A stretch of DNA of 64,000 nucleotides from an uncultured Actinomycetes bacterium. GTDB taxonomy: Bacteria; SZUA-79; Acidulodesulfobacterales; Acidulodesulfobacteraceae. Positions 59,539 to 64,000 of the stretch are shown here, in pieces. Location: NCBI GenBank assembly GCA_964631685.1, contig CAZVZU010000004.1, positions 81,403-145,402 of the forward strand, in the 5' to 3' direction. The position numbers were made by a program, and so were the translations under genes. The notes beneath the pieces are model-generated. The model was not told the DNA's origin. It saw nothing but the letters and a program-made list of their open reading frames with translations, and did no database searches. Every line of letters begins with the position of its first letter. The first letter of the stretch is position 1.

Positions 59539-60288
59539 ATGCATTTAAATAATCTAAAATTGAAACTTATTGCCATGGCCGTATTTATTCTATTGCCGAC
59601 GCTCGTTTTTTCGGGATGCGCCACTACTGCCGGACCTAGCACCAGTGCGAGCGGGTTATCTTCCAACGGCGTCAATCTAAGCACAAAAATGAGCGCCAGT
59701 GTATTTCTGCAACCTGTCGCCCCGCAGAACAAAATAATCTATGTAAGCGTAAGAAATACATCTACCGCGATGGGATTAAACTTTAGACAAGAGCTCGTTT
59801 CGGGACTGATCGGCGAGGGTTATGCAATTACGAATGATCCCGCAAAGGCTTATTTCATGCTTATGTCCAATATCCTTTACATTGGCAAAAAAACAAAATC
59901 CTACACTATGGCGGGTGCGCTTGCGGGCGGTTTTGGTGGAGCGTTAATCGGTTCAAGATATAAATCTACAACCGGCGTGGTTGCCGGAGGGGTGATCGGC
60001 GCACTACTAGGCGCTGCGATTGCCTCGGCATTTCAGAAAAAATCATATGTTATGGTGGTTGATATCCAGATTCAGGAAAGACAAAAAGGCTCATACACTA
60101 CAAACGGTACATCTACAAGTGAAGGCTTGGGAAATTCTACCACAACATATAGTGCAGGCGTAAAAAATTGGGCGATATATAGAGACAGGATAGTGTCTCA
60201 GGCAGAGGCTGTGAATTTGCAGTTTAACACAGCAGAGCCACTGCTTAAGAGGCAAATTGCACATGCGGTCGCAAATCTGATGCCGTAA
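59539..60288 (+). CDS. traT: TraT-family complement resistance/surface exclusion lipoprotein
   Basis: Lipobox FSGC, TKMSASVFLQPV, YVSVRNTS, Gly-zipper, VDIQIQER; AGGAGG SD (track start TTG 59533). Confidence 0.82.
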   Translation: MHLNNLKLKLIAMAVFILLPTLVFSGCATTAGPSTSASGLSSNGVNLSTKMSASVFLQPVAPQNKIIYVSVRNTSTAMGLNFRQELVSGLIGEGYAITNDPAKAYFMLMSNILYIGKKTKSYTMAGALAGGFGGALIGSRYKSTTGVVAGGVIGALLGAAIASAFQKKSYVMVVDIQIQERQKGSYTTNGTSTSEGLGNSTTTYSAGVKNWAIYRDRIVSQAEAVNLQFNTAEPLLKRQIAHAVANLMP

Positions 60289-60290
60289 AC

Positions 60291-60332
60291 AAAAGAAAGA
60301 GAGGATTATACTAATAATCCTCTCTTTCTTTT
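60291..60332. terminator. bidirectional intrinsic terminator
   Basis: AAAAGAAAGAGAGGATTAT-acta-ATAATCCTCTCTTTCTTTT between convergent genes. Confidence 0.8.
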
Positions 60333-60382
60333 TCTCGGCGGCATGTAGCGCCACTAATAAATCAATTTTTACTAAACTAACC

Positions 60383-60601
60383 TTATGACTTATTGTTGCA
60401 TTTGGAACAAGTCGAAATTTTAAATATACCGTACAAAGCGCAAAACCCGGTAATGCCGGTAAATAGAGCCACAAAACCCACTATCAATAGTATTATGGCA
60501 ATAACCTTCATGGAACTGAGCAAAATAAATCCCACTACTAAAAGGATTATTCCCAAAATGATACGTACGAGCCTATCGGTCGTTCCTTCATTGACTTTCA
60601 T
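60383..60601 (-). CDS. DUF2892 (YgaP-like) small membrane protein
   Basis: NEGTTDRLVR, two TM helices, TGITGFCALY, ISTC. Confidence 0.85.
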   Translation of the reverse strand: MKVNEGTTDRLVRIILGIILLVVGFILLSSMKVIAIILLIVGFVALFTGITGFCALYGIFKISTCSKCNNKS

Positions 60602-60761
60602 AGGTATTACCTCCCTCTGTTTGTTATATTAATGCTACATAAATATTCGTTTATATATATATTTATATGTACGTATTGTATCGTAAATATTTAACCCTGT
60701 CAATAGTACTTTGGATGTAAACAGAAACGGGAGGCGAAAGGACAGATAAACTGCGCGTTTT

Positions 60762-60800
60762 AAAAATAAAAACCCCCCGATACAATAAAATATCGGGGGT
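60762..60800 (-). terminator. intrinsic terminator of the pilin gene
   Basis: Minus strand CCCCCGATA-loop-TATCGGGGG followed by a T-rich tail. Confidence 0.75.
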
Positions 60801-60830
60801 AAGATAGTGGATAATGCTGCGAACTTTATA

Positions 60831-61457
60831 TTAGTACGGTTTCCCAGCTACAAGCGAAGGCGTACTGGTGTAATCGTTTACGGCATATATCTGCATATTG
60901 GTACCGGTAAAATTAGTTCCCGCTGAAGCTACGAAGCTAGCTCCGCATGCTCCGTTAGCAGGGGCGGTCCATGACGATACTAACGCCGGCGTTGTAGTAC
61001 TAGCGGCCGCTGTTAAACTACCAACTCCATAGTAGAAATATAGCGTTCCTCTCGGCAGAAAACCTAAATCACCGAAACCGCCCATTGCTGGCGAGGTACT
61101 ACTGGAATTAAATACAAGCGTGTCACAAGTAAACGGCGGCGTATCAACCACGGCCACCGTGCCAGATGGATAAAAAGGATGCGTAGAAGTAAGCGTTTTT
61201 GCAGCAGGCGGTGTTCCATTTGCTGTGTTTGAATTCGCTCCCGCACTGATATAGAATGAGTTCGTCGCATTGAATGCTATCTCATCCGTAAATATCGCAC
61301 CCAGGTTCGTTTTGGCCTCACTGTCCTTTGCCCTGTTGACATAGCTTAAATAGGTCGGGATCGCTATTGCCGCCAAGATACCGATAATGGCAATGACGAT
61401 CAAGAGCTCAATAAGGGTAAAACCTTTCTTACCTTTTTTAAGTCTGTTAATGTTCAT
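60831..61457 (-). CDS. pilA: type IVa major pilin
   Basis: [25 protein letters not shown] prepilin site with E5; AAGGAGG SD; own terminator. Confidence 0.9.
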   Translation of the reverse strand: MNINRLKKGKKGFTLIELLIVIAIIGILAAIAIPTYLSYVNRAKDSEAKTNLGAIFTDEIAFNATNSFYISAGANSNTANGTPPAAKTLTSTHPFYPSGTVAVVDTPPFTCDTLVFNSSSTSPAMGGFGDLGFLPRGTLYFYYGVGSLTAAASTTTPALVSSWTAPANGACGASFVASAGTNFTGTNMQIYAVNDYTSTPSLVAGKPY

Positions 61458-61550
61458 TTTGTTGCCTCCTTGAGGTTAATATGTTAATTTCAGTTAATTC
61501 AAATTACTGTATGTATCTTTATACTTATACATATGACACATGTAATAAGA

Positions 61551-61566
61551 AGCATACTTTATGCCA
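61551..61566 (-). promoter_or_regulatory. sigma-54 promoter of pilA
   Basis: Minus strand TGGCAT-AAAGT-ATGCT (GG-N10-GC). Confidence 0.65.
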
Positions 61567-61660
61567 AAACACAAAAAACACCAAATTAATCTCAATCGCA
61601 GACTTTACGCCTCTTTTGACAAATTTCACTAAAATTATATTATATATAAACGTATGTTAT

Positions 61661-61775
61661 TTGACAAAAATTGTCAACATGTAAATTAGATCATAGGCTT
61701 ATGATCTATAGCGGTTTGATTTTATTATATTATATAAGCATGACAAAAAATGTCACTACTTGACAAAAAGTGTTA
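61661..61775. promoter_or_regulatory. TGACA-N5-TGTCA enhancer-like sites (PilR-type)
   Basis: TTGACA-aaaat-TGTCAA 61661-61677; TGACA-aaaaa-TGTCA 61741-61755; TGACA-aaaag-TGTTA 61761-61775. Confidence 0.6.
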
Positions 61776-61886
61776 AGTTTAATGATGTATAGCGGCCATG
61801 ACTTTTGCAGTGTCTGTTTTAGGCATGTTTGACAAGAATCTTGCAACTGTAGTAAAATGAGCGCCAAACAGAAAAATTAATAAGCC

Positions 61887-62282
61887 GTGTTGGAAATTTG
61901 CCGTAAAAATAGCAACATAAGGCAACTAAATCGGGAGATAGAGGGGACTGGAACCAAGAGTAAATCGCCCAGCCTCTACGCAGTATTAATGCAATCATTC
62001 AAGCTTTTGACAACTAGTCTAATACGCCTGCCTAAAAGAATAATTCACAGGATACTGCTTAAGTCTATGTTTTATGTTTTTAAGCATCACCATCTGAAAG
62101 CAATGGCCGCAATGTTCTTACGTAAGCATTCGGGATTTAAAACAAAACTGCAACGACTGGCGCAGACGCGCAGCGAAGATGCCGCTTCGGCTTTAGATCG
62201 CCTGCCCATTACGCACAACGCACACCTCATCTACATGAAACTTAAGTCTGCTGCGCAAGAACAACGAAAGGAAAAGAACTGA
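61887..62282 (+). pseudogene. hypothetical protein or probable 3' remnant of a WbdD/FkbM-like methyltransferase
   Basis: No clear SD; stop overlaps the glycosyltransferase ATG; tail ITHNAHLIYMKLKSAA resembles C-termini recalled from methyltransferases upstream of such GTs. Confidence 0.35.
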
Positions 62283-64000
62283 TGCGTATCGTAATTGATT
62301 TACAAGGAGCGCAAACCGAATGTCGTTTCCGCGGTATCGGTCATTATAGTCTCTCTCTTGCCAAGGCTATCGTTCGCAACCGCGGCGAAGATGAGATAAT
62401 TATCGCGCTAAATGGTCTTTTTACCGACAGTATTGAGTCAATTCGAGATGAATTTAATGAACTTTTGCCGCAAGAAAATATCTTAGTTTGGCAAGCACCC
62501 GGTCCGGTCCGTGAGAGGCGCAGAGAAACAGCCGAGATTATCAGAGAGGCTTTTCTTGCCAGCCTGCGGCCGGATATCGTGCATATCGCAAGTCTGTTTG
62601 AAGGTTATACTGACGATGCAGTATCCAGCATAGGAGTCTTTGATCAAAGGGTGCCTGTCAGCGTCTCTCTCTACGATCTCATTCCTCTGTCAAACCCGGA
62701 TCGCTATCTCGCGGATCTGAACTATAGTAGATATTACCTTAAAAAAATCAACTATCTAAAGCGCTCATCGTTATTACTGGCCATTTCGGAATATTCGCGA
62801 CAGGAAGGAATAGAGCGCCTTGCCCGGCATCCTGAATCGATCGTTAATGTCTCTGTAGCGGCAGACGCGAACTTTCGCCCATTGACGCTAAGTCAATCAC
62901 AAACAGAAGCCCTGTGGGACAAATTTGGCATTACCCGCCCATTCTTATTTTATGCCGGCGGTACCGGTGAGCGCAAGAACCTTTCGCGCCTGATTCAGGC
63001 TTATTCCCGCCTCCCGCATAAGATGCGAGATACTCATCAGTTAGTATTTGCGGGAAAGATAGCTAATGATACGCGTTATCGGCTTCAACGAACGGCGGAA
63101 TCTGCCGGGTTACGTACAGGCGAGTTGATTTTCGCCGGCTATACCGCTGATGATGAATTGATAAAACTATATAACTCTTGCAAACTATATATATTTCCAG
63201 CATGGGATGAAGGTTTTAGTTTGCCTGCTCTGGAAGCAATGTCGTGCGGCGCCCCTGCTATAGCCGCAAATGCAAGAAGTTTGCCGAAGATTGTAGGTTG
63301 CGGTGACGCGCTGTTTGACCCCTACTCTGCTATATCCATCTGTAACAAGATAGAACAAGTGCTTTCTGATGAGGCATTTAGGGTTAAGCTTATTACATCT
63401 GGTCTGGCCCAAGTTGAAAAATTTTCATGGGATGAGAGCGCCAAACGCGCGCTTAAAGCCATGCGGGTATTTGCCCGTAAACCGGTCATACGGAAGCCAT
63501 CAAAGGGTTCGGATGAAATAGTCAACAAACTTATCTCTTCAATTGTTAAGTTAGGTGCTATAGGCGATGACGAGATGATCAGGATGGCCAAATCAATCGA
63601 TTTAAATCTTATGTCTGCAGCTCCCCGCCGTTACAGGCAACTGCTTGTTGATGTATCTGAACTGGTCCGCTGTGATGCTAAAACAGGCATTCATCGCGTT
63701 GTTCGTAGCATTATGAAAGAATGGCTTGGCGGTTCAAATGAAGATTTGCGAGTTGAGCCTGTCTACGCAACCCCGGAACAAGGATATCGTTATGCACGCC
63801 ATTTTTTTTCAGGGCATATAAATGATTATGGCGGATTATCAAATGATAACCCAATCGAATACCGACCCGGCGATATATTTCTAGGATTGGACCTTACTCA
63901 TATCATATTGAGTATGCATCTGGATTTTTATCAGCATTTGCGCCGTCACGGTGTGCAGGTTCAATTCATGGTTTATGACTTACTCCCCATTCTTATGCCC
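62282..64000 (+). CDS. multidomain GT4 glycosyltransferase, WbdA/MtfA-like mannosyltransferase (runs off window)
   Basis: Not in track. Manual translation MRIVIDLQGAQTECRFRGIGHYSLSLA...PDIVHIASLFEG...RKNL...EGFSLPALEAMSCG; second domain LLVDVSEL...TGIHRVVR. Confidence 0.88.
   Translation, partial: MRIVIDLQGAQTECRFRGIGHYSLSLAKAIVRNRGEDEIIIALNGLFTDSIESIRDEFNELLPQENILVWQAPGPVRERRRETAEIIREAFLASLRPDIVHIASLFEGYTDDAVSSIGVFDQRVPVSVSLYDLIPLSNPDRYLADLNYSRYYLKKINYLKRSSLLLAISEYSRQEGIERLARHPESIVNVSVAADANFRPLTLSQSQTEALWDKFGITRPFLFYAGGTGERKNLSRLIQAYSRLPHKMRDTHQLVFAGKIANDTRYRLQRTAESAGLRTGELIFAGYTADDELIKLYNSCKLYIFPAWDEGFSLPALEAMSCGAPAIAANARSLPKIVGCGDALFDPYSAISICNKIEQVLSDEAFRVKLITSGLAQVEKFSWDESAKRALKAMRVFARKPVIRKPSKGSDEIVNKLISSIVKLGAIGDDEMIRMAKSIDLNLMSAAPRRYRQLLVDVSELVRCDAKTGIHRVVRSIMKEWLGGSNEDLRVEPVYATPEQGYRYARHFFSGHINDYGGLSNDNPIEYRPGDIFLGLDLTHIILSMHLDFYQHLRRHGVQVQFMVYDLLPILMP

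Noticed and set aside
63185..63591. Two minus-strand ORFs
   Set aside because: Shadows of the plus-strand glycosyltransferase.
1..64000. CRISPR array, rRNA, prophage or transposase
   Set aside because: No spaced direct repeats, rRNA-like tracts or mobile-element ORFs were seen.

Overview
AT-rich bacterial chromosomal segment. The gene set (HdrABC-FlxABCD, CCG-type succinate dehydrogenase, TreT, TraT, deltaproteobacterial-style pilin with a sigma-54 promoter) fits an acidophilic sulfur-cycling bacterium such as Ca. Acidulodesulfobacterium; that assignment is inference only. Housekeeping content: lpxC (partial), queH-ruvBAC-yebC, five tRNAs (Leu, Asp, Val, Ser, Pro), hup-clpX-clpP-tig, an archaeal-type thrS, a TolC/MacAB exporter, cysE-rrf2-iscS-mnmA-mtaB-rnc-der, rplM-rpsI-argC and moaC-ferredoxin-mobB-dusB. 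The most unusual part is a ~10.4 kb minus-strand operon (43585-53942). It encodes an HdrB-like CCG protein, a cytoplasmic DMSO-reductase-family Mo/W enzyme with a vicinal Cys-Cys at the ligand position, its Fe-S subunit, an 81-aa unknown protein and an Fe-S/NAD(P)H flavoprotein module. It also carries a divergent private cofactor kit: MoeA, a MoaA-derived radical SAM protein lacking the GTP-binding auxiliary cluster, a QueD/PTPS-like protein and an extended MobA. This may be an undescribed system making a modified pterin cofactor. Other notable signals are a 38-bp perfect inverted repeat, an FNR box in the sdh leader, sigma-54 promoters with enhancer-like palindromes (lpxC, pilA), an aromatic-rich pilin, a structured RNA leader before tRNA-Pro, and a more GC-rich glycosyltransferase segment at the right end. 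No CRISPR array, rRNA, integrase or transposase was seen.
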